Shown: one piece after another, positions 39,241 through 52,934 of the stretch
Numbering within the stretch: the stretch's first letter is position 1
Layout of the letters: each line of letters begins with the position of its first letter
Source: Octopus sinensis
Taxonomy: Eukaryota
DNA length: 64,000 nt
Assembly (NCBI RefSeq): GCF_006345805.1
Contig: NC_043025.1
Coordinates: 8,866,001-8,930,000, forward strand
Direction: 5' to 3'
Position numbers and translations under genes: made by a program
Notes under the pieces: model-generated
The model's input: the letters and a program-made list of their open reading frames with translations, nothing else
Database searches by the model: none
Told to the model about the DNA's origin: nothing

Positions 39241-40185
39241 CTTATTTCTTTACTGCCCACAAGGGGCTACACACAGAGGGGACAAACAAGGACAGACAAA
39301 CGGATTAAGTCGATTATATCGACTTCAGTGCATAACTGGTACTTATTTAATCGACCCCGAAAGGATGAAAGGCAAAGTCGACCTCGGCGGAATTTGAACT
39401 CAGAATGTAGCGGCAGAGGAAATACCTATTTCTTTACTACCCACAAGGGGCTAAACAGAGAAGGGACAAACAAGGACAGACAAACGGATTAAGTCGATTA
39501 TATCGACCCCAGTGAGCAACTGGTATTTATTTAATCGACCCCGAAAGGATGAAAGGCAAAGTCGACCTCGGCGGAATTTGAACTCAGAATGTAGCGGCAG
39601 AGGAAATACCTATTTCTTTACTACCCACAAGGGGCTAAACAGAGAAGGGACAAACAAGGACAGACAAACGGATTAAGTCGATTATATCGACCCCAGTGAG
39701 CAACTGGTACTTATTTAATCGACCCCGAAAAGATGAAAGGCAAAGTCGACCTCGGCGGAATTTGAACTCAGAATGTAGCGGCAGAGGAAATACCTATTTC
39801 TTTACTACCCACAAGGGGCTAAACAGAGAAGGGACAAACAAGGACAGACAAACGGATTAAGTCGATTATATCGACCCCAGTGAGCAACTGGTACTTATTT
39901 AATCGACCCCGAAAAGATGAAAGGCAAAGTCGACCTCGGCGGAATTTGAACTCAGAATGTAGCGGCAGAGGAAATACCTATTTCTTTACTACCCACAAGG
40001 GGCTAAACAGAGAAGGGACAAACAAGGACAGACAAACGGATTAAGTCGATTATATCGGCCCCAGTGAGCAACTGGTACTTATTTAATCGACCCCGAAAGG
40101 ATGAAAGGCAAAGTCGACCTCGGCGGAATTTGAACTCAGAATGTAGCGGCAGAGGAAATACCTATTTCTTTACTACCCACAAGGG
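39241..40185 (-). repeat. Nin-SINE 184-bp unit x5
   Basis: Period 184 (39423, 39607, 39791, 39975, 40159); same unit as 28-770. Confidence 0.9.
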
Positions 40186-40222
40186 TAGAAAACACATTGC
40201 AGATGTGCATGTATAACTTGAA

Positions 40223-40336
40223 TCACCCCCAGATCTTGCCCCTTGCAACTTTTCCCTCTTTACGAAAATCAGATCCCACTTAAAAGGAAGAAGATTTCAG
40301 GACGTTGAGGAAATCAAAGTGAATGCGACGCAGCAG
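40223..40336 (+). mobile_element. Mariner transposase C-terminal fragment
   Basis: SPPDLAPCNFSLFTKIRSHLKGRRFQDVEEIK matches the YSPDLAPCDF motif region. Confidence 0.75.
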
Positions 40337-40618
40337 TGTGCAAACCAGCTGGGAAAAGTTTCATCAAAATCAATTCACAGAAAACTAAGGAATCTTAGAT
40401 TTCACTTCTAAGCTATTAGCGGGGTTCTGGGTGTATATATACATGCGGGGGGGGGAGGGGGGATGTAGTCAATTACACTGACCCCCAGTGTTCAACTGGT
40501 ACATTTTTTTTTATCAACCCTGAAATGACGAAAGGCCAAAATGGTTTTGGTGGAATTTGAACTTAGAACTGGAAGACAAAATGCCCTGAGCTCACACAAA
40601 GCTCACTCCAGAGTCTTA

Positions 40619-40654
<36 letters not shown>

Positions 40655-40658
<4 letters not shown>

Positions 40659-43600
40659 ATCATCATCATCATCATCATTTAACGTCCGCTTTCCATGCTA
40701 GCATGGGTTGGACGGTTCAACTGGGGTCTGGGGAGCCCGAAAGCTGCACCAGTCCAGTCAGATCTGGCAGTGTTCTACAGCTGGATGCCCTTCCTAACGC
40801 CAACCACTCCGAGAGTGTAGTGGGTGATTTTATGTGCCACTGACACAGGTGCCAGACGAGGCTGGAAAACGGCCACGCTCGGATGGTGTTTTTTATGTGC
40901 CACCGACACAGGTGCCAGACGAGGCTGGCAGACGGCCACGCTCGGATGGTGTTTTTATGTGCCACCGACACAGGTGCCAGATGAGGCTGGCAAATGGCCA
41001 CGATCGGATGGTGTTTGTTACATGCCCACAGCACGGAGGCCAGTCGATGCGGTACTGGCTACGGCCACGTTCGGATGGTTTTCTTGTGTGCCACGTGCCA
41101 CCGGCACTGGTACCACAAAGATACAAATTCCATTGATGTTCATCTATTTTGATTTGTTTTGATTTTCACTTGCCTCAACAGGTCTTCACAAGTGTCACAA
41201 GAAGGAAGGTATGCACAGGTGGACTGACTACGTCCCAGGTAGGGACCACAGGTTATGGCCTGACTAGTCTTGCCGGGTCTTCGGATGGTGTTTTTATGTG
41301 CCACCGACACAGGTGCTAGATGAGGCTGGCGAACGGCCACGATCGGATGGTGTTGTTACATGCCCACAGCACGGAGGCCAGTCGATGCGGTTAGGTATGG
41401 CTACTACGGCCACGTTCGGATGGTTTTCTTGTGTGCCACGTGCCACCGGCACTGGTACCACAAAGATACAAATTCCATTGATGTTCATCTATTTTGATTT
41501 GTTTTGATTTTCACTTGCCTCAACAGGTCTTCACAAGTGTCACAAGAAGGAAGGTATGCACAGGTGGACTGACTACGTCCCAGGTAGGGACCACAGGTTA
41601 TGGCCTGACTAGTCTTGCCGGGTCTTCGGATGGTGTTTTTATGTGCCACCGACACAGGTGCTAGATGAGGCTGGCGAACGGCCACGATCGGATGGTGTTT
41701 GTTATGTGCCCACAGCATGGAGGCCAGTCGGTGCGGTACTGGCTACGGCCACGTTCGGATGGTTTTCTTGTGTGCCACCGGCACTGGTACCACAAAGATA
41801 CAATTCCATTAATGTTCATCTATTTTGATTTGTTTTGATTTGATTTGATTTGATTTGTTTTGATTTCATTTTGATTTTCACTTGCCTCAACAGGCCTTCA
41901 CAAGTATCACAAGGAGGAAGGTATGCACAGGTGGACTGACTACGTCCCAGGTAGGGGCCATGGGATATGGCCTGACTAGTCTTGCCGGGTCTTCGGATGG
42001 TGTTTTTATGTGCCACCGACACAGGTGCTAGATGAGGCTGGCGAACGGCCACGATCGGATGGTGTTTGTTATGTGCCCACAGCACGATGGCCAGTCAATG
42101 CGGTACTGACTACGGCCACGTTCGGATGGATTCTTGTGTGCCACAGGCACTGGTACCACAAGATACAAATTCCATTGATGTTCATCTATTTTGATTTGAT
42201 TTGATTTTCACTTGCCTCAACAGGTCTTCACAAGTGTCACAAGAAGGAAGGTATGCACAGGTGGACTGACTAGTCTTGCCGGGTCTTCGGAAGGTGTTTT
42301 TATGTGCCACCGACACAGGTGCCAGATGAGGCTGGCGAACGGCCATGATCAGATGGTGTTTGTTACGTGCCCACAGCACGGAGGCCGGTCGATGCGGAAC
42401 TGGCTACGGCCACGTTCGGACGGTTCTCTTGTGTGCCACCGGCACTGGTACCACAAAGTGTGTGCCACCAGCACTGGTACCACAAAGATACAGATTCCAT
42501 TGATGTTCATCTATTTTGATTTGTTTTGATTTTGATTTTCACTTGCCTCAACAGGTCTTCACAAGTGTCACAAGAAGGAAGGTATGCACAGGTGGACTGA
42601 CTACGTCCCAGGTAGGGGCCATGGGTTATGGCCTGACTAGTCTTGCCGGGTCTTCGGATGGTGTTTTTATGTGCCACCGACACAGGTGCTAGATGAGGCT
42701 GGCGAACGGCCACAATCGGATGGTGTTTGTCATGTGCCCACAGCACGGAGGCCAGTCGATGCGGTACTGGCTACGGCCACTTTCGGATGGTTTTCTCTTG
42801 TGTGCCACCGGCACTGGTACCACAAAGATACAAATTCCATTGATGTTCATCTATTTTGATTTGTTTTGATTTGATTTTGATTTTCACTTGCCTCAACAGG
42901 CCTTCACAAGTATCACAAGGAGGAAGGTGTGCACAGGTGGACTGACTACGTCCCAGGTAGGGGCCATGGGTTATGGCCTGACTAGTCTTGCCGGGTCTTC
43001 GGATGGTGTTTTTATGTGCCCACAGCACGATGGCCAGTGATGCTGTACTGACTACGGCCACGTTCGGATGGATTCTTGTGTGCCACCGGCACTGGTACCA
43101 CAAAGATACAAATTCCATTGATGTTCATCTATTTTGATTGATTTTCACTTGCCTCAGCAGGTCTTCACAAGTGTCACAAGAAGGAAGGTATGTACAGGTG
43201 GATCGACTACGTCCCAGGTAGGGGCCACGGGATATGGTCTGACTAGTCCTGCCGGGTCCTCTCATGCACAGCACACTTCCATAGGACTCGGTCTTCAGTC
43301 ATTTCCTTGGTGAGACCTAAAGTTCGAAGGTCGTGCTTCACCACCTCGTCCCAGGTTTTCCTGGGTCTACCTCTTCCACAGGTTCCCTCAACTGCTAGGG
43401 TGTAGCACTTTTGTACACAACTATCTTCAGCCATTCTCGTCACATGACCATACCAGCGCAGCCGTCTCTCTTGCACACCACAACTGACACTTCTTAGGTT
43501 CAACTTTTCTCTCAAAGTACTTACACTCTGACGATTATGAACACTGACATTACACATCCATCGGAGCATACTGGCTTCATTTCTTGCAAGCTTACGCATA

Positions 43601-43890
43601 TCCTCAGCTGTCACGGCCCATGTTTCACTACCATGTAGCATGGCTGTACGTACACACGCATCATATAGTCTGCCTTTTACTCTTAGCGAGAGGCCTTTTG
43701 TCACCAGCAGGGGTAAGAGCTCTCTAAACTTTGCCCAGGCTATTCTTACTCTAGCAGTTACACTTTCAGCACACCCACCCCCGCTACTGACTTTGTCTCC
43801 TAGGTAGCGGAAGCTATCAACTACTTCTAGTTTGTCTCCCTGGAACGTGGTAGAAGTTTGTCTCTGCACATTTCCAGTGTTTATTGCTCC
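40655..43890 (-). mobile_element. 5'-truncated RTE-clade LINE with a tandemly amplified 3'UTR (~7 x 280-365 bp)
   Basis: ORF 43243-43870 ends the RT region (FRYLG...LHGSETW...RRLRWYGHV...GRGRPRKTW). GATACAAATTCC or a variant recurs about 7 times between 41120 and 43105; (ATG)n tail at ~40655. Confidence 0.9.
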
Positions 43891-43964
43891 TGAGCATCTG
43901 CCACAGACAAAAACTATATATATATATATATGTATATATATGTATAATATATATGTATATATAT

Positions 43965-45095
43965 ATATATCATCATCATCATCATCATCGTCGTTTACGT
44001 CCGTTCTCCATGCTAGCATGGTTGGACGGTTCGAACCGGGGTTCTGGGAAGCCAGAAGGCTGCACCAGGCTCCAGTCTAATTTGGCAATGTTTCTACAGC
44101 TGGATGCCCTTCCTAACGCCAACCACTCCGTGAGTGTAGTGGGTGCTTTTTACGTGCCACCTGCACAGGTGCCAGGCGGGGCTGGCAACGGCCACGGTCA
44201 GATTGGTGTATTTTATGTGCCACCGGCACGGAAGCCAGTCGAGTCCGTTCTCCATGCTAGCATGGGTTGGACGGTTCAACTGGGGTCTGGGGAGCCCGAA
44301 GGCTGCACCAGGCCAGTCAGATCTGGCAGTGTTTCTACAGCTGGATGCCCTTCCTAACGCCAACCACTCCGAGAGTGTAGTGGGTGATTTTATGTGCCAC
44401 TGACACAGGTGCCAGACGAGGCTGGCGAACGGCCACGCTCGGATGGTGTTTTTATGTGCCACCGACACAGGTGCCAGACGAGGCTGGCAGACGGCCATGC
44501 TCGGATGGTGTTTTTATGTGCCACCGACACAGGTGCCAGACGAGCTGGCAGACGGCCACGCTCGGACGGTTTTGTTACGTGCCCACAGCACGGAGGCCAG
44601 TCGATGCGGTACTGGCTACGGTCCCGTTCGGATGGTTTTCTTATGTGCCACCGGCACTGGTACCACAAGGATACAAATTCCATTGATGTTCATCTATTTT
44701 GATTTGGTTTGACTTGATTCGATTTGACTTGCCTCAACAGGTCTTCACAAGTGTCACAAGCAGGAAGGTATGCACAGGCGGACTGACTACGCCCCAGGTA
44801 GGGGCCACGGGTTATGGCTTCACTAGTCTTGCCGGGTCTTCTCACGCACAGCATACTTCCATAGGTCTCGGTCTCTGGTCATTTCCATGGTGAGACCTAA
44901 TGTTCGAAGGTCGTGCTTCACCACCTCGTCCCAGGTTTTCCTGGGTCTACCTCTTCCACGGGTTCCCTCAACTGCTAGGGATTGGCACTTTCTCACACAC
45001 CTATCTTCATCCATTCTCGCCACATGACCATACCATCGCAATCGTCTCTCTTGCACGCAACAACTGATGCTTCTTAGGTACAACATTTCTCTTAG
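43965..45095 (-). mobile_element. Second RTE-clade LINE 3' end
   Basis: ORF 44823-45086 QERRLRWYGHVARM...GRGRPRKTWDEVV plus 3'UTR. A further UTR fragment lies at 46385-46700. Confidence 0.85.
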
Positions 45096-45097
45096 GG

Positions 45098-45143
<46 letters not shown>

Positions 45144-45166
45144 GTATGTATATATATATGTATATA

Positions 45167-45207
<41 letters not shown>

Positions 45208-45208
45208 T

Positions 45209-45243
<35 letters not shown>

Positions 45244-45327
45244 TTATAATATATATATATATAATTATATATATATTATTATATTTATATATATTTATTA
45301 TATATATATATTTATATATAATAAATA

Positions 45328-45712
45328 TTAGGGAATAAATCCAAACTTACAGGGAAAAATCAGATTTAGGATTGAATCCAATTTTATAGTAAAATATTAT
45401 ATTATATTAAATTAGAGACAAAACCACTATTATGCAAATCAAACAATGAAAGACTTAAGCCAATACATGTGATTAATTTATATTATTTAAATATGTAACA
45501 ATTATTAAAAATATAATTAATATCCACTACGATCGTTTCCTGCCTGCTGTCTTTAAATTTTTGAGTCGCAGTCATTCATCAGGTGGTTTCAAAATTTTTC
45601 TTGGCGAGTTTTAAACAATGAACTATAATTAACTATATAAATTAATCATATGTATTGCTTAAGTCTTTCATTGTTTGATTTGCCTAATAGTGGTTTTGTC
45701 TCTAATTTAATA

Positions 45713-45720
<8 letters not shown>
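45328..45720 (-). mobile_element. Penelope-like pseudo-LTR remnant with ~85-bp inverted arms
   Basis: Arms ~45398-45482 and ~45636-45720 are reverse complements and flank a hammerhead motif. Confidence 0.65.
45524..45586 (-). ncRNA. Minimal type-I hammerhead ribozyme motif
   Basis: Minus strand: CCAC CTGATGA [ATGACTGC...GCAGGCAG] GAA ACGATCGT A GTGG. Helix III is palindromic and the cleavage triplet is GUA; stem II has 2 mismatches. Confidence 0.7.
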
Positions 45721-45775
<55 letters not shown>

Positions 45776-45780
45776 TATAT

Positions 45781-46360
45781 ATACATAAAAAAAATAAATG
45801 GTACAACGAAGCACCGATATTACTGGAAAATAGTGAACGTAATAAATACGACGCTAATGTATAGTAATTTTACCCTCACGGGCTATCCTTTACTGGAAAG
45901 CAATGCTCTCGTATGGCATTACTATTTTCATTGAAACTTCTTCACTGTTCTCTTTCTGTTAACGTTTTGGCGTTCAGATGAGTGTACTGGCATAGATGTG
46001 GCAACATTTGAAATATTGTCGAGGTTTATGCAGCTGATGAAGATAAATCAAATATACGTTTGGCAAGCGTATTTTGAAGAATCTGAAACCGGTGCTGCAT
46101 TATCCGTTATCTAGGTTTTTCATTTTTCAGATGTTCTTCCTAGAGGTAAGACAATTTTTTTCATGTTTGTTGCACACACGCATCTTTACTAGTGCATACA
46201 CAGTGAAGCTATACATTAGCGTCGTATTTATTACGTTCGCTATTTTCCAGTAAATATCGGTGCTTCGTTGTACCATTTATTTACTTTTATGTATAATTTT
46301 ACCCTCGCGGGCTATCCTTTACTGGAAAGCAATACTCTCGTATTGCATTACTATTTTCAT
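45781..46360 (+). mobile_element. Penelope-like pseudo-LTR remnant (A> B> core <A B>)
   Basis: A at 45781-45864 is inverted at 46209-46293; B at 45865-45931 is repeated directly at 46294-46360. Confidence 0.65.
46028..46100 (+). ncRNA. Minimal type-I hammerhead ribozyme motif (N17=G, probably inactive)
   Basis: ATGCAG CTGATGA [AGAT..long hairpin..ATCT] GAA ACCGGT G CTGCAT. Confidence 0.65.
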
Positions 46361-46713
46361 ATATTTATATATATTTATATATATATCATCATCATCATCA
46401 TCATCATCGTTTAACGTCCGCTTTCCATGCTAGCATGGGTTGGATGGTTGGATGGCTGCACTAGGCTCCGGTCTTATCTGGCAATGTTTCTACAGCTGGA
46501 TGCACTTCCTAACGCCACCCACTCCGTGAGTGTAGTGGGTGCTTTTTACGTGCCACCTGCACTGGTGCCAGGCGAGGCTGGCTTCGGCCACGGTCGGATT
46601 GGTGCATTTTACGTGCCACCTGCACGGAAGCCAGTCGAGGCGGCACTGGCTTCGGCCACGATTCGGATGGTGCTTTTTACGTGCCACCGACACGGAAGCC
46701 ATATATTTATATA

Positions 46714-46770
<57 letters not shown>

Positions 46771-47746
46771 TATATATATGTATATATTTATGCTAGGCCT
46801 ACATACATATATACATACATAAGATTATAGGCTGAGCTTTGTTTGAATATTGGTGCCCTAGTATGGCGATAGTACCAATATTCAAACAAAGCTCACCCTA
46901 CAATCTTATGTATGTATATATGTATGTAGGCCTGGCAGAAATAACAACCAAATGTCCCTCAAATCACACCCGTTGTCTTATATTATTTTATCCCTTTACC
47001 TGTATTGGTCATTAGACTACGGCCATGCTGGGGCACTAAGAGCAAAGGATTTATTATCAACCATCGCACAAACAATAACTCTGAGCACCTCTTCAAACTC
47101 CACCCATCTGACAACCGTGGACATATTTACAAAGTAAAAACAGCACAGCTCCATGACTTCAGGAAACATTTTTTCACGCTGAGAGTTGCTGAAGCGTGGA
47201 ACAAACTGCCGGCATCGGTTGTTAGTTGTCGGAGCACTGCATCCTTCAAAACTTCCATGTTTCCTGAGATTCGCCAACACTACACCTGATTTTCTCCCCT
47301 CCATACACACGCAAGCATGTATCTGACTCATACACTGTTCACTTTCCAGACATTTCTACATTACTGCATGTACTTTATATGCACTTTCTGACAAGTTGTG
47401 GTGCACCTGAGCACTGTATACAATAATTTCATTATTATTATTATTATTAAATAAATCAGCCCTGGTGCTTATTCTGTTGGTTTCCTTTTGTCAAACCAGT
47501 TGCTTGGTGGTGGGGAGGGGGCAAACACATATACACACAACTATATATATATATATATATACATACATGATGGGCTTCTTTCAGTTTCTGTCAACCAGAC
47601 CCGCTCACAAGGCTTTGGTTGACTCAGGGTTGTAGTAGAATATACATGCCCAAGGTGCCACGCAGTGGGACTGAACCTGGAACCATGTGGTTGTATAGCA
47701 AACTTCTTACCACTCAGTTGTACCTGCACCTGTATCTATGTGTGGG

Positions 47747-47875
<129 letters not shown>

Positions 47876-47931
47876 TATATACATACATACATACATATTT
47901 ATACATACATATATGCATACATACATAGATA

Positions 47932-47970
<39 letters not shown>

Positions 47971-48422
47971 CATACATGTGGAGGCGCAATAGCCCAGTGG
48001 TTAGGGCAGTGAACTCGCAGTCGTAGGATCGCAGTTTCGATTCTCAGACTGGATGTTGTGAGTGTTTGTTGGGCGAAAACATCTAAAGCTCCATGAGGCT
48101 TCGGCAGGGGTTGGTGGCGATCCCTGCTGTACTCTTTCACCACAACTTTCTCTCACTCTTTCTTCTGTTGGCCTGCCCGCTTAGCCAGCGGGGTGGCGTC
48201 ATTTGGAGATCTATATGTATAACATATTGTCTGTCTGTCTGTCTATTCTCTTATTTGTTCCCAAATGGCTCAACCAAATCAAATCAAATTTTACAAGGTA
48301 ATAGTATCAGACCCTGTGAGTGCCAACATGTAATTTTTTTTACATTGAGATTAAAACAATATAACATTGGCACTGGTTCATTATCACATGTCAAAAGACA
48401 AAGAATAACATCTACATTATAA

Positions 48423-49024
48423 TCTTTATATATAAAAGTGAAGTTGTGTGTCTGTCTCCTACGATTTAGATTCCTAACTACTCCCACATTTTGCGGTGCA
48501 GTTTTACCAAAACCGGGTATCTTATAGTCGTGATTCATATCGAGCCCTTCTGGGTATTAGCGCGCGTCTACGATGAGTCTACGATTTAAAAAAAAATTTA
48601 CCATCATTTTTTTCCATTTTAATGCATTTTTTTCGCTATTATATAAGGGAAGTAACTCTCTAAAAATGTCTACGATGAGTCTACGATTTAAAAAAAATTT
48701 ACCATAATTTTTTCCCGTTTTAATGCATTTTTTTCGCTATTATATAAGGGAAGTAACTCTCTAAAAATGTCTACGATGAGTCAACGATTTAAAAAAAAAT
48801 TTACCATAATTTTTTTTCCATTTTAATGCATTTTTTCGCTATTATATAAGGGAAGTAACTCTCTAAAAATGTCTACGATGAGTCAACGATTTAAAAAAAA
48901 ATTTACCATCATTTTTTTTCCATTTTTAATGCATTTTTTTGCTATTTTTTGGCTATAGCTCTCTAAAAATGCTTATATAGTTATTTCCCTTACAAACCCG
49001 AGCAACGCCGGGCGATACTGCTAG
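48423..49024 (+). mobile_element. Non-autonomous Helitron with internal ~102-bp tandem repeats
   Basis: A|TCTTTATATATAAAA...CCCGAGCAACGCCGGGCGATACTGCTAG|T; internal repeats at 48567, 48669, 48770 and 48872. Confidence 0.9.
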
Positions 49025-49282
49025 TGTGATATAATAGTTTCACTTTTATTCTTTCACTTTTAATTCTAATGTTATAATGCTAAGATCATCTTATTTCTGT
49101 TAAATTCGTTTTTTAGAACTCCTGGAACTGTTTTCAGATATGATCCAAACCTTTCTTATTAAAAGGATAATTTTAACCAAATAGGTGTGCTAAACTATAA
49201 TTGTCATTTCTGCAAAGTTTTAAAATTTCCAGTTGAAACTAATGGCATGTGCTGCTCAAATGGTATGGTAAGAAGACGGTGT

Positions 49283-49870
49283 GTTGGCAGAAATGTTAGC
49301 ACACCGAGTGAAGTGCTTAGCGGTATTTCGTCAGTGTTACGTTCCGAGTTCAAATTCCGCCGAGGTCGACTTTGCCTTTCATCCTTTCGGGGTCGATAAA
49401 TTAAGTACCAGTTACGCACTGGGCTCGATGTAATCGACTTACTACCTATGTCTGTCCTTGTTTGTCCCCTCTGTGTTTAGCCCCTTGTGGGTAATAAAGA
49501 AATAGGTATTTCGTCTGCTGTTACGTTCTGAGTTCAAATTCTGCCGAGGTCAACTTTGCCTTTCATCCTTTTGGGGTCGATAAATTAAGTACCAGTTGCA
49601 CACTGGGGTTGATGTAATCGATTTAATCTCTTTGTCTGTCCTTGTTAGTCCCCTCTATGTTTAGCCCCTTGTGGGTAGTAAAGAAGCAGGTATTTCGTCT
49701 GTCGCTACATTCTGAGTTCAAATTCCGCTGAGGTCGACTTTGCCTTTCATCCTTTTGGGGTCGATAAATTAAGTGCAAATTACGCACTGGGGTCGATGTA
49801 ATCGACTTAATCCATTTGTCTGTCCTTGTTTGTCCCCTCTATGTTTAGCCCCTTGTGAGCAATAAAGAAA
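49283..49870 (+). repeat. Nin-SINE head plus 3 tandem ~183-bp units
   Basis: GTATTTCG at ~49323, 49506 and 49690. Confidence 0.85.
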
Positions 49871-50204
49871 TAAGATTGCCAGTACTACCAGTTCCTCCTC
49901 GACCACTTATGGATCTTCTGGAAGACACTTCCATCCACTCAAAGGAAAATGGGCATAAAATGATGATGATATATATATTTGCACACACAAACACACACAC
50001 AAGTATGCATATATGTGTATGTATATATATATATATATATATAGCTGCAGGAGTGATTGTGTGGTAAGTAACTTGCTTACTAACCACATGGTATGGGTTC
50101 GGTCCCACTGCATGGCATCTTGGGCAAGTGTCTGCTACTATAACCTCAGGCCGACCAAAGCCTTGTGAGTGGATTTGGTTGACGGAAACTGAAAGAAGCC
50201 TGTC

Positions 50205-50239
<35 letters not shown>

Positions 50240-50601
50240 TGCGTGTGTATATGTTTGTATGTCTGTGCTTGTCGCCCTGTCACTTGACAACCGATGCTGT
50301 TTTGCTTACGTCCCCGTAACTTAGCAGTTCGGCAAAAGAGGCTGATAGAATAATACCAGGCTTACAAAAGAATAAGTTCTGGGGTCGATTTGCTCAACTA
50401 AAGGTGGTGCTCCAGCATGGCTGCAGTCAAATGACTGAAACACGTAAAAGAATAAAAGATAAAAGAATATATATATGACGGGCTTCTTTTCAGTTTCCAT
50501 CTACCAAATCCACTTACATGGCTTTGGTTAGTCCGAGGCTATAGTAGAAAACACTTGCCCAAGGTGCCACACAGTAGGATTGAATACAAAACCATGTGGT
50601 T

Positions 50602-50619
<18 letters not shown>

Positions 50620-50657
<38 letters not shown>

Positions 50658-50670
50658 GTTGCTGCTGCTG

Positions 50671-50707
<37 letters not shown>

Positions 50708-50718
50708 CACTACTACTA

Positions 50719-50816
<98 letters not shown>

Positions 50817-50874
50817 AATACTACTACTACTACTACTACTGCTACTACTACTGCTGCTGCTACTACTACTACTA

Positions 50875-50909
<35 letters not shown>

Positions 50910-50928
50910 GTTGCTGCTGCTGCTAATA

Positions 50929-50960
<32 letters not shown>

Positions 50961-51003
50961 AATACTACTACTACTACTACTACTGCTACTACTACTGCTG
51001 CTG

Positions 51004-51056
<53 letters not shown>

Positions 51057-51160
51057 GCTGCTGCTGCTACTACTACTACTACTACTACTGTTGCTGCTGC
51101 TGCTGCTAATACTACTACTACTACTACTGCTGCTGCTGCTACTACTACTGCTACTACTGT

Positions 51161-51207
<47 letters not shown>

Positions 51208-51960
51208 AATCATTTTCATATTTCACGGAAAAGAACATTAAACCAAAAATTTAATATTTATGAACAAATTGCGTCAAACTGTAAAGAAGACAAATCCTGC
51301 TGAACAAATATGGTTAAAAATAAGAAATTCGGGCATGATAGAGAGAAAATGAGTGATTTGGGTAAAGAAAAATGCAAAAATGAAAAAGGAATTTGCTAAC
51401 ATTGGTAGAATATGATTTATCTCATGTTGTGAAGAGAGGGGGAAAAAAAAAAAATTGAAATAAATTATAAACTTGAGCAGAAAAATTTTTTTTCGTGCTT
51501 TTCTTGAACAGTTGGGCAGCTTTCAAAGTGTATTTACTGGCAGCAGCAGCAGCAGCAAAGGGTGATGATGATGATGATGAAGAAGAAGGAGAAGAAGAAG
51601 AAGAAGAAGAAGAAGAAGAAGAAGAAGAAGAAAGAGGAAAAGAAGAAGAAGAAGAAGAAGAAGAAGAAGAAGAAGAAGACGAAAAATTGCAAGAAGAAGA
51701 AGAAGAAGAAGAAGAAGAAAGAGGAAAAGAAGGAGAAGAAGAAGTGGAATTGGAAGAAGAAGAAGAAGAAGCGGAATTGGAAGAAGAAGAAGAAGAAGAA
51801 GAAGAAGAAAGAGGAAAAGAAGGAGAAGACGAAGAATTGGAAGAAGAAGAAGAAGAAAAAGAGGACGCAGAAAGCATGAAGAAGAAGAAGAAGGGGATGG
51901 AGTAGGAGGAGGAAGAGAAGAAGGAGGAGGAGGAGAAGAAGAAGAAGAAATCATCATCAC
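50620..51960. repeat. (CTA/CTG)n and (GAA)n microsatellites
   Basis: Blocks at 50622-51206 and 51560-51950. Confidence 0.95.
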
Positions 51961-51971
51961 TGTTATTATTA

Positions 51972-52027
<56 letters not shown>

Positions 52028-52033
52028 TTATTA

Positions 52034-52064
<31 letters not shown>

Positions 52065-52427
52065 TATTATTATCATTATTATTATCAAGGCTCCGAGCTG
52101 GCAGAGACATTAGCATGCCAGGCAAAATGCTTAGCAGCATCTCATCTGTCTTCACGTTCTGAGTTCAAATTCCACTGAGGTCGACTTTGTGTTTTATCCA
52201 TTGAGGGTCAATAAATCAAGTATCAATGAAACACTGGGGTTGATCTAATCGTCTAGTCCTCTCCCCCTAAATTTCAGGCCAGGTGCCTTTAGTAGAAAGG
52301 ATTATTTTATCCTTTTGGGGGTCGATAAAATAAATACCAGTTGAGCCCTGGGGTGGAGGTAATCGACTCATCCCCTCCCTCAAAACTGTTACCTTTGTGG
52401 CAAAATTTGAAAGCATAGTTATTATTC

Positions 52428-52461
<34 letters not shown>

Positions 52462-52463
<2 letters not shown>

Positions 52464-52934
52464 AGCAGTATCGCCCGGCGTTGCTCGGGTTTGTAAGGGA
52501 AATAACTATATAAGCATTTTTAGCCATTTCTCTTTTGGTGTCTTCAAGCCATGAAATCGTTGTTCTAAAAGAACGCTGGTCTCCTTGACAACGCTTTACG
52601 ACGTTGATTTCCTTACACTCCCTTCCCCACAGCTTCACGAGGGAGGGAAGAAGGGGGAAAAGCAACACAGGTGCAGGCGTGACCATGGACGCCAACTCCG
52701 CCGCCATCGACACACGAAAAATTATACATTAAGATGGAATAAAAAATGATGTTAAATTATTTTTAAAATCGTAGACTCATCGTAGACGCGCGCTAATAGT
52801 CAGACGGGCTCGATATGAATCACGACTATAAGATACCCGAATTTGGTTAAACTGCACCGCAAAATGTGGGAGTAGTTAGGAATCTAAATCGAAGGGGACA
52901 GACACTCACACAACTACAGTTTTATATATATAGA
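52462..52934 (-). mobile_element. Non-autonomous Helitron
   Basis: Same 3' hairpin and CTAG, and a related 5' ~170 bp, as the 48423 copy; different internal sequence. Confidence 0.85.

Noticed and set aside
43243-44019. 258-aa ORF as a host gene
   Set aside because: 5'-truncated RTE reverse-transcriptase tail fused to microsatellite.
51422-51960. Glu-rich or Lys-rich ORFs
   Set aside because: (GAA)n repeat with no splice or start context.
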